A stretch of 64,000 bases of DNA from Andalucia godoyi And28 (Eukaryota > Protista > Jakobida): the NCBI GenBank assembly GCA_009859145.1, contig VRVR01000050.1, forward strand, positions 1-64,000. The letters are read 5' to 3'. Positions 31,218-42,330 of the stretch are shown here, piece by piece. Position numbers and translations under genes: made by a program. The first letter of the stretch is position 1; each line of letters opens with the position of its first letter. The notes under the pieces are model-generated. The model saw only the letters and a list, made by a program, of their open reading frames with translations, searched no databases and was not told the origin of the DNA.

Positions 31218-32492
31218 ATGGGTTCTATTGGCGCGCATCCGAACACACATGTGTTAAAGGAGTGCTCCATGGATGATTTCCATCACCAGGTATTTCGACT
31301 CGTATGCGACAGTCTTCCTGAGTATTCAGCGGCACTGAAACATGGATATTCGTTGAAGCGGATTGAATCTGGAATGTCGAATGATCTCGTTGTTGTGTCT
31401 CCTGTCTCGCATTTTGAGTGTTCGGACAGTCATAGTACCCATCCCCCATCCTCCTCCAACTTCTCTTCTTCTTCTTCCTCCTCCTCCTCGTCGTCGTCGC
31501 CGTCGTCATTGTCGCCGCAGCATCGGCTTCAGGATCAGCGTCCACAGCCGTCTGTGCTGGTTCGGATATACAAGTCAAAAAACATGAATTCGACAGAACG
31601 AGAAGAGTTTGTTGCGGATTTCGTGAGCAAGACTGGTTTCGGCCCGCGCATCTACTCGCTGTTTGACGATCCTGTGCTTGGAAAAGGCAGGATCGAGGAG
31701 TTTTGGCAGGCTCACAGATCTCTGAGTGTCGTGGAGCTATCAAGGTTTCGACGATCTATTGCGCGTTTGATGGGACTGTTTCACAGAGAATGTGCACCGT
31801 TGCTCTCCTCTTGGTCGTCGAAATGCTCCCTGCCGCGAAGTTCTTCCGATGGCGGTAACTGCAGTGGTGGGAATGGCAGTGCGGGCTTGCGGGACCACTC
31901 CTTTCATTTCTTGTACCGATGGGTCGACTTGGCCCGCAATCATCCGGAAGCGTCAAAGTGGGACTGGAGGGACATCGATGCCTTTCTGAACGACCACGTG
32001 GCCGAAGTCCGAAGCCTGGACTGCACTGTCATGTGCCACTCCGACATTCAAGAACTCAACTTGTTGGTGCCGGATGTCCATGCAGAAGCGGCCGACGACT
32101 CCGTGGATCACCCAGACCCTGCATCAGTCCGTCTGATTGATTATGAATATGCACAGCCTGCCCATCCTGCACTGGATATTGCAAACTACTTTGTTGAATG
32201 CTGCATCGATAACATTTCCCAGCGAGTCGACAGACGGTCCTATCCGTGTGTGGAAGAGCGGTACCAATTTTACGTGGAGTACTTGAAGCATTCTCCAGAC
32301 CATGTGGCACAGCGGTACACAGAGCTCGATGAGCTGGATGCAGTGGTCCATGTGTGTTGTGGTGTTTCGCATCTGCAATGGGCTTCTTGGGCGATCGTCA
32401 AGGGATACCTGCAGTACGCGGAAAATCGCCTCTCGTGGTTTCGAGACCACCTTGCAGACCATCCGTTTTCGCCCATCCAGACTCAGCTCTAA
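31218..32492 (+). CDS. Choline/ethanolamine kinase
   Basis: SGMSNDL, GRIEEF, Brenner-type CHSDIQELNLL and LIDYEYA...ALDIANYF. The start could be at 31269. Confidence 0.9.
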   Translation: MGSIGAHPNTHVLKECSMDDFHHQVFRLVCDSLPEYSAALKHGYSLKRIESGMSNDLVVVSPVSHFECSDSHSTHPPSSSNFSSSSSSSSSSSSPSSLSPQHRLQDQRPQPSVLVRIYKSKNMNSTEREEFVADFVSKTGFGPRIYSLFDDPVLGKGRIEEFWQAHRSLSVVELSRFRRSIARLMGLFHRECAPLLSSWSSKCSLPRSSSDGGNCSGGNGSAGLRDHSFHFLYRWVDLARNHPEASKWDWRDIDAFLNDHVAEVRSLDCTVMCHSDIQELNLLVPDVHAEAADDSVDHPDPASVRLIDYEYAQPAHPALDIANYFVECCIDNISQRVDRRSYPCVEERYQFYVEYLKHSPDHVAQRYTELDELDAVVHVCCGVSHLQWASWAIVKGYLQYAENRLSWFRDHLADHPFSPIQTQL

Positions 32493-32493
32493 A

Positions 32494-32556
<63 letters not shown>
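32494..32556. repeat. (TAG)21 microsatellite followed by (GAA)n
   Basis: Perfect run directly after the kinase stop codon. Confidence 0.95.
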
Positions 32557-33608
32557 AAGAAGAAGAAGAAGAAGAAGAAAAAGAAGAGGATGATGATGAT
32601 GAAGAGGAGGAAGGAAAAAAGAAGGAAAAAAGAGGGCGGAGTGGCGCATTGACCATGAGACCAGACAAAGTGACAAGACCACTCCGCATTTTGATGATGG
32701 TTATTGCCATCATTCTTATTTATGAACGCATCACCCCCAGTTCTCTTTTCTCTTCATTGACTCGCCAGTCGGCGGTTGCGCATTTGCTCTCCTTTCGTCT
32801 CGCAACTCTGGGGTTCGAGAACGGCGAGATCTCCTGCTGTCCACACGACCCATTCGCACATGACGCATTCGATTCGCATACGCCTCCATGGTGCACGAAA
32901 CATGGGGGCTGATCATTGCTGACTATCCATGTATGCAGTCTGACGTCGGAGCTGAATGGGAATTCATTCCAGAAGAGGGGGGTGCTAGGCCCCAGTACGC
33001 CGAAGCATTCTTCCAATCGACGTTGCGCGTACTATTCCAATCTCTCGATCCAGAGAGGAACATCGGAATGACGATGTGCTCAGGCCTGCATGAAAAAGAC
33101 GAACGGAAAGAGCATTGTCTGAAATTTCTGGGTGAGCATGACAAAGTACTGTAATTGTGCCTGCAGTACGATGGATGGATGCTCCCAAAGCGGTGCTAAA
33201 TTCTCCTCTCTCGTTTTCTTAATTATTATCATCATTATCATTTTTATTTTATTTTTTTGCTTTCCTCTGGGTTTCTCTTTTCCGCCACCAATCAGACTGA
33301 ACTTCATTTCCTTCTTTAACATCTCATTAGTTTCTTCTCGTTGCTGTTCTTCTCTGCAGATCGATGAGTTGACGTTTCATTATCGTTTGATTCGACCTTT
33401 TTCAGCGACCTTTTATTAATTTCTATTTATTATCATTATTGCTATTATCTGTTTTTCTTTTTTTTTTGTTTGCCGGTTTAAGAGTTTTCGTTTTGTCATT
33501 ATTGCCATTTGGCATTATTTATCGTTGTTATTGTTATTGTTACTGCTGTTGCTACCGGTACCAATTGTGATTGATTGATATATATATTTTTGAATATTGA
33601 ACTGTGAA

Positions 33609-36600
33609 ATGATGTTGAACAGTGTTTCTGCTTCTGCGTCTGCGTCTGGGGCTTGGACGAGGTACAAGAGGCCTCCTGTTTCGTTTGATCCTGGGACATC
33701 CGATAGCAGTCGGCCGCCACTGGAAGAAAAGGCGCCGCCGTGTCCTTCACACATTTCTTCGAATGGGTCCACTAGCTCAATGACGAATCCTGCAACCTCG
33801 TCGATTTCGTCTGGGTCCTCCGGCCCGAAAGATGCGTACAGCCGGAGAATCCCGCTCGCCACACAGCATGTTTACAGGATACCTAGGAAACAACGCATTC
33901 TGCAATCGCTTTCTGTGTCGATCAGCAAGACGTACACTGCGTGCAAAGGTCCTTTGCTGATTGCAGACGTTTCACAGGCGCGACCTCGCCAGTGTCTCAC
34001 AGAACCATCCGTTCCGGTGAGCAACGATGGTGTGGACAATGAAAACCACGACATGCTGCTGTTCGTCAATGATGTGATTACGTCGTCGACGTCCGGTGCG
34101 CAGTTCAGAATACTCAGTATGCTTGGAAAGGGTACGTTTGGCCAGGTGGTGAAGGTAGAAGTTGCTTCGCTTCCTGCAAATACCGCACAGAGAGCCCCGT
34201 ACCTCGCAAAGACCAACCATCAGGATGGCAACAGCGGACCGTCAGCCATGGTTGACTCTTACTCGTCGTCCTTGGCTTCCTCTCCAATCGCATTTTCGCC
34301 TCCTTCTTATTCGTCATCGTCATCGTCGGCGTCATCGTCGGCGTCGGCGTCGTCAGCGTCATCTTCATTCTTGGCATCAGGAGCGGCATCGATGGCACAA
34401 GCTGCTTCGTCGTCTTCATCGTCTTCCTCGCCATCGCCGATCATGGGACAGACCACACATTTCAGAAGAAATTCTCCCGTGAAGAGTGTTGCGCTCAAGG
34501 TGATCAAGAACAAGCCGGAGTACACGAGGCAGTCCCTCACGGAAGTTCACATGCTGACACACTTGCTTCCGAAAAATGATCACATTGTGGAGATTCTCGA
34601 GTCGTTTTACTTCAGAGGACATTTGTGCATTGTTTTTGAAGAATGCGGCCTGGATTTGTATGCTCTGATGAAGAAGAATCGATATCACGGCTTATCGCTC
34701 ACGACCGTTCGAGTGTTTGTCCGACAGATTTTGGATGCGTTGGTGGTCCTGTACTCCCATTTTGTTGTCCATTGCGATTTGAAGCCAGAAAACATTTTGC
34801 TGGCAGACGATCAGTCGGTTCGTGTCAAGGTTGTCGATTTTGGCTCTGCTGCCACAGAAGGGGTGCTGGACGCATACTATTATTACGTTCAGTCTCGTTT
34901 TTACCGTGCCCCGGAAGTGCTGATCGGCTGTTCGTACGATTGCCTTGTCGATATGTGGTCTCTCGGCTGCATTGTTCTGGAGTTGTTTATCGGTATTCCT
35001 ATTTTCCCGGGCGCATCCCAGTACGATCAACTGCGTAGAATTGTGTCGATTTGCGGCCCTCCCCCTGATGACCTGCTCACGGGCTCTGCCTACAAGGACC
35101 ACTTCTTCCGAATCGTTTGTGTCGATCCCAGACGACACACTCTGTCGTATGCATTCAAGAGTCGTGATGAGTTTTGCGCCGAAAATCCTGCAGAAATCAA
35201 CATTGCTCACAAGCAGTATCATCGATACGACTCTCTCGAAGATATTGTGATGCACAGTGCTCCCGAAGTAGTTATCCTGGAGGAGGATGCCTCCGCTGAG
35301 CCTCTTGGGAGAGGAGTTGTTCCCCCCAAACCATTGCAGTTCGCATCGAAGGCGGACGAAGAGCGGTATCATGAGCGTCGGGTGTTTCTGCATCTAGTCC
35401 GAGGGCTTCTGTGTGTCGATCCTCGCAAACGCTGGAGTCCATACCAAGCACTCACGCATCCGTTTGTGACAGGCGAGATCGTCTCTTTGGAACAGCTCGA
35501 TGCTTGGCAGCCGTCCCCGTCTCTCCGACGGGATTCTCGCATTTTCAGACACGAGAAACATGTTCCGGCACTGTATGTCCAGCCAACATCAGGCACTGCT
35601 GGCCCGGGGCTGGCAATTGCTGGACCGCAACCCAGCGGATCAATGCTGATGCAGGAACCGGTCATGTCGGCGACATCGGTTATGCCTGGATCCGTTGGAG
35701 AGGACGGTCGACCTCGCACATCATCGCTGTCTCAAGGAGGCCCGACCGTCGGAGTGGATCCTCGACGTGGGTTTTATGGTTCCGCTTCACAAGTTCCGAT
35801 GCCAATTGGTTCGTCTGCCTATGCGTATCACAGTCAGCCTGCCCACGGATTCTCGAATGGCTATCCACAGACTGTGAGCGGCCAGCTGTGGCACGGAGCG
35901 GGTGCTCCTTCTCAGATGCCGTTTGGAACATCCTACAGTTCACCATCATCTGGAGGAGCCATGACACAGAGTTCCCTGGGTGGAGGATATCACGTGCGGG
36001 GCCCCTCGGATCTCGGCATTTCTCCGCAACTCCTTCCAGGTATGAATCACCCGCAAGGCATGGCAAGCCGGACGATTTCCGATGCGTACGGGTCGTCTCC
36101 GCCAGCAAGCGCCGTGTGGGTGGACGGAATGGGAATGGTCAACGGCGTAGACCGAGGGTCGTCATCGTCCTTTCCTACCGACTCTGTTTCTGCATTTGGT
36201 GCGTCCATTCCAGTGCTCGATTCTCGAGGTGCTGGATACGGTAGTCTGCAACCAGACAAGGACCCAGTGTACTATGGACCTGGCCACGGGTACTATGTGC
36301 ATCACCTGCAGCAGCAGTTTGAACCACATGCTCATCAGCAATTCGCATACAATCCGTATCCGTCACACGCAGAACCGTCGACGTTTTCTGGGTACAATTA
36401 CGCGCACAGCGCAGGGAGCTCTTTGTCTTCGTCTGGTTCCCGTGATCGATCGCTGACTCGGCATGGTCAGCCTATTGTTGCTCAGACGCCTGCGTCTTCA
36501 CCAGGCATGTCGTTCCAGCCGCCAGCAGCATCGCAAATTCCACTGGGTGCAAATCACGGTGCTTCTCACAGGCAGGGTGGTGCTGGTGCTGGTGCTGGTG

Positions 36601-37421
36601 CAATGCAGTCTCAGGGCTTTGATGGACAAGATGTTCAATCCGCGTGGCAGCATGTTCCGCAGCAGCAGCAGCATCAATGGACAAGTCGTTCGAGTGCGCA
36701 TGTACACAACTATACACTTTCGTACCAGCATCCTCCGCACAGCTATTCTAACCAGCGCTGGAGTTCCGGAAGTACTGCGTTCCGTCCAGTGGGTTCTTCA
36801 CATTCTCGACGGAATTCTGGAACTGCTGGTCTACAGCAACCCATGCATGATGTACAATCGGCTGCCCCACAGTCGGCACTGCCCATGCCAGTGCATCAAG
36901 GTCATCCGCATCCACAAGCACATGCACAAGCACAAGCACAAGCACAAGTACATGTGAACCAGCAGCAACCACAACATTTGGCAAGATCGCATCCACAACA
37001 GCACCTGCAACTGCCGTACGATGGTCAGCATCGACAACACCGGAGGCAACAACGCAGTCCCGGCGACCATAATGGCAACGGGCAGCACGCGCGGCATCGT
37101 GGGCCTCCATCGGGCACTTCCCCTTCATCGCTAGATCGAACAGAATGGGATCCAATGTTTCGCCAAAGCCCGGATGACGATTCCTCGCGGTCGATCGTGG
37201 TTTCACCGTCTTCCTCCTTATCTTCAGACGCTGATATCTCCAGTGCTGGCTCGTCAGCATCTCGGCCTTCGGCAATGTTTGATGGGCATTTAAAGGCAGC
37301 TCGTGGCAGGTCTCACGGGTCTCGTCGTCTGATGCCAAAACATCGCCATGGTGGTCGTCCACATTCTGGATCTGCAGCGGATGGCTCTGGGACCGTTTCT
37401 CCCCAGAGTCCCTCGTCATGA
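33609..37421 (+). CDS. YAK1: YAK1/DYRK-family protein kinase with a long disordered C-terminus
   Basis: CLTEPSVPVSNDGVDNENHDMLLFVND (Yak1 pre-kinase motif), GKGTFGQV, HCDLKPEN, VDFGSA and VQSRFYRAPE. Confidence 0.9.
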   Translation: MMLNSVSASASASGAWTRYKRPPVSFDPGTSDSSRPPLEEKAPPCPSHISSNGSTSSMTNPATSSISSGSSGPKDAYSRRIPLATQHVYRIPRKQRILQSLSVSISKTYTACKGPLLIADVSQARPRQCLTEPSVPVSNDGVDNENHDMLLFVNDVITSSTSGAQFRILSMLGKGTFGQVVKVEVASLPANTAQRAPYLAKTNHQDGNSGPSAMVDSYSSSLASSPIAFSPPSYSSSSSSASSSASASSASSSFLASGAASMAQAASSSSSSSSPSPIMGQTTHFRRNSPVKSVALKVIKNKPEYTRQSLTEVHMLTHLLPKNDHIVEILESFYFRGHLCIVFEECGLDLYALMKKNRYHGLSLTTVRVFVRQILDALVVLYSHFVVHCDLKPENILLADDQSVRVKVVDFGSAATEGVLDAYYYYVQSRFYRAPEVLIGCSYDCLVDMWSLGCIVLELFIGIPIFPGASQYDQLRRIVSICGPPPDDLLTGSAYKDHFFRIVCVDPRRHTLSYAFKSRDEFCAENPAEINIAHKQYHRYDSLEDIVMHSAPEVVILEEDASAEPLGRGVVPPKPLQFASKADEERYHERRVFLHLVRGLLCVDPRKRWSPYQALTHPFVTGEIVSLEQLDAWQPSPSLRRDSRIFRHEKHVPALYVQPTSGTAGPGLAIAGPQPSGSMLMQEPVMSATSVMPGSVGEDGRPRTSSLSQGGPTVGVDPRRGFYGSASQVPMPIGSSAYAYHSQPAHGFSNGYPQTVSGQLWHGAGAPSQMPFGTSYSSPSSGGAMTQSSLGGGYHVRGPSDLGISPQLLPGMNHPQGMASRTISDAYGSSPPASAVWVDGMGMVNGVDRGSSSSFPTDSVSAFGASIPVLDSRGAGYGSLQPDKDPVYYGPGHGYYVHHLQQQFEPHAHQQFAYNPYPSHAEPSTFSGYNYAHSAGSSLSSSGSRDRSLTRHGQPIVAQTPASSPGMSFQPPAASQIPLGANHGASHRQGGAGAGAGAMQSQGFDGQDVQSAWQHVPQQQQHQWTSRSSAHVHNYTLSYQHPPHSYSNQRWSSGSTAFRPVGSSHSRRNSGTAGLQQPMHDVQSAAPQSALPMPVHQGHPHPQAHAQAQAQAQVHVNQQQPQHLARSHPQQHLQLPYDGQHRQHRRQQRSPGDHNGNGQHARHRGPPSGTSPSSLDRTEWDPMFRQSPDDDSSRSIVVSPSSSLSSDADISSAGSSASRPSAMFDGHLKAARGRSHGSRRLMPKHRHGGRPHSGSAADGSGTVSPQSPSS

Positions 37422-38021
37422 CGAGATCTGCAGTGTCCTACATTTCTTTGTGTGTTGAATTGTCCTTGTTTTCCCCCCTTTCTTCTTCTTCTCCTTCTTC
37501 TTCTTCTTCTTCTTCTTCTTCTTCTCCCGCATTCCAATAGTTTCATGTTCACGATGTTTTGGTCAACGCCTGTTTTCTTGTCCAATATTTGGATATTCCG
37601 ATTTCTAGGCCCATTTTCAGCCATTGCCCGTCAGCAACAAAAAGGCTAGGAGAAGAAAAAGGAGCTTCGACTGGCTGCTTGGCGTTCTTCAAGAATGCCA
37701 GCTTCCAGACGTCAAGGTTCTCAAACCGGAGCCGCAGAGTCTACTGGAAAGGCATCCAGTGCTTCGTCTTTCGGCACGCTTGCGACCACGGTTCCATCCT
37801 CACGTCCGCGAGCGTGTTCCCTCGCCAGAACCGTTCGTAATATACGAGTCGGTGCCTTTCTGCCAGTGCGATGCTGAAACACACAAGAAAAATAAAAAAT
37901 AAAACAACAACAGAAGTTTCGCTGGTCGATCTTTCCTCCGTTCTGTTACCACTGGTGTCCCCAGCGAGCCCAAAATAAAATAAATAAATAAATAAAAAGA
38001 ATTCTACTATTTTACACACAG

Positions 38022-39572
38022 TCATCGGTTCCGGTTTTTGTTTCCGGTACGCTTCTTAATTTCATTGGGGTTTCGTCGTCCAATGCCGATGGGGACGTGA
38101 TCATCGTTTCCTCTTCTCTTGTTGCCCCAAACTGCTGTGCTCGAAGACCCTTCTCTGCCCCTTGGATCAAAGAGCGCGTCTTGCAGAAAGTCAGGGGAGA
38201 AGATGTCGGACGCCTCCGATGCCTTCTTGGACTGTCTGTGTTTCTTGTCCACAGATGAAATCCACTCGTCCTCTGCGAAGATTGGGTTCTTGGCAGACCT
38301 CCCTCCTTGCGGAAGCGGCACAGAGTACACGGTACCCCGAGTCTTGATTGGTCTCTTGTAATTGACATGTTGTCGCACAATCCCCTTAGAATTGGTGGTC
38401 ACAGAGATTCTCAGAAGCGTGCCTGCAGCACCGCACATGGGGCAGAACTTCTTGGACATGTCTTTGCAGATTGTGAAGCAAGCATGACACCGCAGCACCC
38501 ATTGCTTGACCTTTCGGATTCGCATTCCATCCACGGAAACCAGTCTCAAATTCATCTGCAGTAGCACATTCTGCATTGCATAATCCGTGGTCACGCAGCC
38601 AACCTCGGGGGTTAATGAATTCCTCCACAACGAAGTCGACGATCCGTCTCTCTTTTTGAAATTTGATGGTGTAATCCAGTCCACAGAATCTTCCTCCTCG
38701 CCATCCTCATCCTCATCCCCATCTCCCTCTCCTGTTTCACCCTGTTGACGGTCCTGATTCTCTCGTGGTTGCAAATGTTCCATCCCATCCTGTGAAACGT
38801 CTAATGCTTGTCGGTGTTGCTTCTCCGATTTCCGTATTTGATGTTGCTGGACATTTTCGACCGTCAACTTTGCATTGGCTCCATCCTCCTCACCACGATT
38901 GCGATTCCCTGCATTCTCGTTCTCTGTGTGATCATCATCGCCTTCATCCTCGTGCATAGTGGGATTAAGATGGTGATCATCGTCCAAATCGGCAGTGGAT
39001 TCATTTTCCTCTGTCGTGGTTGCTGTCTCGGTTCCGTTCTCTCTGTGTAGATTTTCTTTAGGCTTCTTGGGTTCCTTGCGGATATGTTTTCCACCGTTCA
39101 GTTCACACTCAATTGTATGTACAAGAGCCAGAACTCGCAAATCCGTTTTGGAAAGAGTCGCAATATCTCCCGTCAGCTTCGCGAAATCCACAATGGCTTC
39201 TAAACTCGCATCAGAAGGTTCCCGAAGTTCAATCTGGTATGGAAATGCAGCAATCCTCAGTCGCGTCGCTTCATCTCGAATCTCCGCAACCACTTCCGGA
39301 ACCGTTAAAAATCGATTGGCAAGACGAACAACAGGTCCCATGTCGCGAAAAAACGCTCCAGAATCCAATACTAGGCACTTGTTCGTGCTTCTGGATACAG
39401 CAGAATGTGACGCGACAGCACACCTCGTAGCATATGAAGACGATGACGCCTGTGCCTGTGGCTGTGGCTGTGGCTGTGCGCCCGACATCGGTAATGATGA
39501 CGCCTCAGATGCCGATCTAAGAGCCGAAAGATAAGAGGGGGCACTCGGAGCAGCAGGTGTCTCGGACGACAT
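38022..39572 (-). CDS. NOB1: 20S pre-rRNA endonuclease Nob1
   Basis: PIN domain (LVLDSGAF, ATLSKTDLRVLAL), TTDYAMQNVLLQMNL and Zn ribbon CHAC...CPMCG. Confidence 0.95.
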   Translation of the reverse strand: MSSETPAAPSAPSYLSALRSASEASSLPMSGAQPQPQPQAQASSSSYATRCAVASHSAVSRSTNKCLVLDSGAFFRDMGPVVRLANRFLTVPEVVAEIRDEATRLRIAAFPYQIELREPSDASLEAIVDFAKLTGDIATLSKTDLRVLALVHTIECELNGGKHIRKEPKKPKENLHRENGTETATTTEENESTADLDDDHHLNPTMHEDEGDDDHTENENAGNRNRGEEDGANAKLTVENVQQHQIRKSEKQHRQALDVSQDGMEHLQPRENQDRQQGETGEGDGDEDEDGEEEDSVDWITPSNFKKRDGSSTSLWRNSLTPEVGCVTTDYAMQNVLLQMNLRLVSVDGMRIRKVKQWVLRCHACFTICKDMSKKFCPMCGAAGTLLRISVTTNSKGIVRQHVNYKRPIKTRGTVYSVPLPQGGRSAKNPIFAEDEWISSVDKKHRQSKKASEASDIFSPDFLQDALFDPRGREGSSSTAVWGNKRRGNDDHVPIGIGRRNPNEIKKRTGNKNRNR

Positions 39573-39951
39573 GGTGGCCTCTAAAGAAAGCAGTACCTTG
39601 GAAGAACTGAACACAACACTACCGAACCGTAGCACACACAAAAGGCTCCCTTAAATAAGTCAATCGAGGATGGAATAATGGAAACGCAAAATCAACAGAA
39701 AATCATAAAACAAAAACTGTCTAAAAAACATAAAATGAAAGGCGTAAGCGCGAGAACAGCCCAGCACTCGCACTACAGCAGGAACCAGAAAGGCAACTGG
39801 ACAATATTTACAGCAGATATTGAAAATACAAGCAATGCAATCGCAACACGAGGACGAAGAGAGAGGAGGGGAGATGGGAGAAAATGAAGAGGAGGGAGCT
39901 GGTCGCCAATATGCGAAATAGCGATGATGATGGTAATTATGTTTTTGATTT

Positions 39952-40420
39952 TTAGCGCCGATCAACAGCTCGGATCACAGAGCTGGAAACATTCGACGAC
40001 TGCTTGGGCATCGGAGCGTCGCAGGCAATGACCAAATTCTAGAGCATACAGTAAGTGTGAGTATGAGAGTGCCTGTGTGTTTGTGTGAAAAAGAAAAAGA
40101 AAAAGAAAAAGAAAACGAAAACGAAAACATACGGCATGATTGTTATTCTTTGCAAGGTTTTTCAAGAGTTTTCGACCACCTTCCAAGTTCGCAGAGAGGT
40201 TTTCCAAGTTTGCGACAATGTCCTTCATAGCATTCTTCTTTGCTCTCTTCAGCTGCTTGAGATGCTGTAGCGGAAGTCTGAAAATCTCGCCATACTTGTT
40301 CAAACACGCCTCTGTATTCGCAATGTCTGCATTCAACTCGCGGATTTCCGCTTCCAGTACAGCCCAATGGGACTCCAATCCACTCAACACACTCACTAAA
40401 TCCCCTCGAACGTCATCCAT
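39952..40420 (-). CDS. Small coiled-coil hypothetical protein with one predicted intron
   Basis: Exon 40420-40133, then a GTATG intron with a pyrimidine tract. The best acceptor is at 40039 (TACTCAC/CTTAC branch), giving NLVIACDAP...VDRR*. An alternative acceptor at 40073 ends at 39962. Confidence 0.5.
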
Positions 40421-40791
40421 CTTTGTATTTTTTCTGTGTGTGTGAATGCGCACTTGCTTTTTCCCGTTATCACAAAATTGGATGCAGCACGAATTACACA
40501 GTTGTAATATTGAAGAATGGCATTTTTTTTCCGTTGAGGAAAGTCCCGTTCCTTGGCAAAAGGGCTTGTGACAAACGAGAAGGGTTTGGAAGCCACAGGG
40601 GGACGCACGACACAAGTTGAATCACTTGATGCAAGAGTTACTTAACGTCCGTTTTTTTGTCCGAATCGTTTTGCATGAAAGGACGCATTTTCCGAAAACG
40701 CTGCTTTTGATTGTTCCCAACGCGGATTTTTTGGATTTGCATTTCCTCAATTTAGTATCAGGTGGAAGAAGAGTGCGAGGGAAGAAGAACA

Positions 40792-40794
<3 letters not shown>

Positions 40795-40886
<92 letters not shown>
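40795..40886. repeat. (GA)n microsatellite
   Basis: Perfect dinucleotide run upstream of AIDA. Confidence 0.97.
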
Positions 40887-40888
<2 letters not shown>

Positions 40889-40942
40889 GTATCTGATTCT
40901 GTTTTTTTCCCCTATAAATACATATCTTCAGAGAGAGAAAAT

Positions 40943-41073
40943 ATGGCAAATGCAGTGTTTGTCGCGGAACTGAAACCGGTTTTGGCAAGAGTGGAATCGT
41001 TCTTTTCGCAAGGAATCGAGCATGATTCATGGGGCCAGGCTGTCGAGGCCGCAGATTCCTACACTCGGTATGC

Positions 41074-41112
<39 letters not shown>

Positions 41113-42050
41113 CCACCATCCTCATCATCATCATCACCGTCATTGCTGCTACTAATGTTTGCTTTTTACGGACCATGTTCGCACGGTGTGGACTTCGTAA
41201 TAATAGAGTGGCTGCGATATTGGAAAAGGAACATCCGAATTTAAAGCTCAGCCAGGCATTAATACAGGCCTTCTATACGGTGTTTTCGGCGTTAAAGTGC
41301 CGAGTTGCGATGCTGCGTGCCACTCGGGTTTCCTCAAATTCATTTGCACCATCCAAAGACGACATGCGCACAGTCTATGAATTTCTGATGACGTGCTTGA
41401 AGACAGGAGTTGCACCAAGTGTGCCGATTGATGTGAAGTTGTGCGATCCAAACGAGGAGTTCAAGCGGGTCTTTTTCCACTCGTCGAGCGCAGCAACGGT
41501 CATCCTAGAACCAGGGAAGGCCACGGCCCCCATGTCCACTAACTCGAGTCTGCTTCCGCCTCCGCTTCCGCAACGCGACGCATCGTTCGTAACAGTTCAT
41601 GTCAGCCGAGTCGGACTGAAAGACGCGATGCGATATGTGGATCCGTTCATCACGGCAACCGTCATCGATGCGGCGGGCACACCGCTGGAGCCTCCACAAG
41701 ACTCGCCCTGCTCGAGACGGCTGAAGCCATTGTATGTGGACTTCGGCATTGACATCCATGTGCAGACACCGCTGGAGCTCTTGCCTCCGGGTGCGGCCAT
41801 CGTGCTCGAATTCAAACACTTCAAAGCGGAAAAGCATAAGCTCAGCACGCGCTGCTTTACTGTGTTGGACTCGTCATACTTTGACAAGATCGAGTCAATG
41901 CACAGACAGGGGAACAAGAATGTCTGGTCTAGAGAAGCAAAGGTGCCGCTGTACAAGAAACCGACGGATTGGACTCGCAAAAAACTGGTTCCATTCACTG
42001 CGAAACCCCTGTTCATGGAAGTCATTGTCAGTGTTCGCGGTGATTCTTGA
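40943..42050 (+). CDS. AIDA: AIDA (N-terminal helical domain plus AIDA-type C2), two exons: 40943-41067 and 41207-42050
   Basis: Exon 1 has HDSWGQAVEAADSY (AIDA DSWGQxVEA motif). The 139-nt intron is GTATG...CTAAT...TAG, and splicing is in frame with the C2 exon (RVGLKDA..YVDPFITATV, AIVLEFKHFK, STRCF, LYKKPTD). Confidence 0.9.
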
Positions 42051-42330
42051 CCGTCTTGATAAAGACGTATGGTTGTCTGAATGTTTTGTCTGTTTGCTCA
42101 CCTGCCCCTTCCTTTCCCTTCCTTTCCTCACCCATTCTTCATTATTCTTTTTTTCCCCTCCTCTAGCTGCGGAAACGAGTACTTGTGCTCCGGTGTTGCT
42201 GTAAATGATTTTGATTTCTAAAATTCTCTCCATCCGCTCCACCATGAACCAGAGTCTTGGAAATGCAAAACTAAGGATACTGCGACATGCGATCGAAAGC
42301 AAAAGGCGCGGATCCTCTCCATTGCACTTT

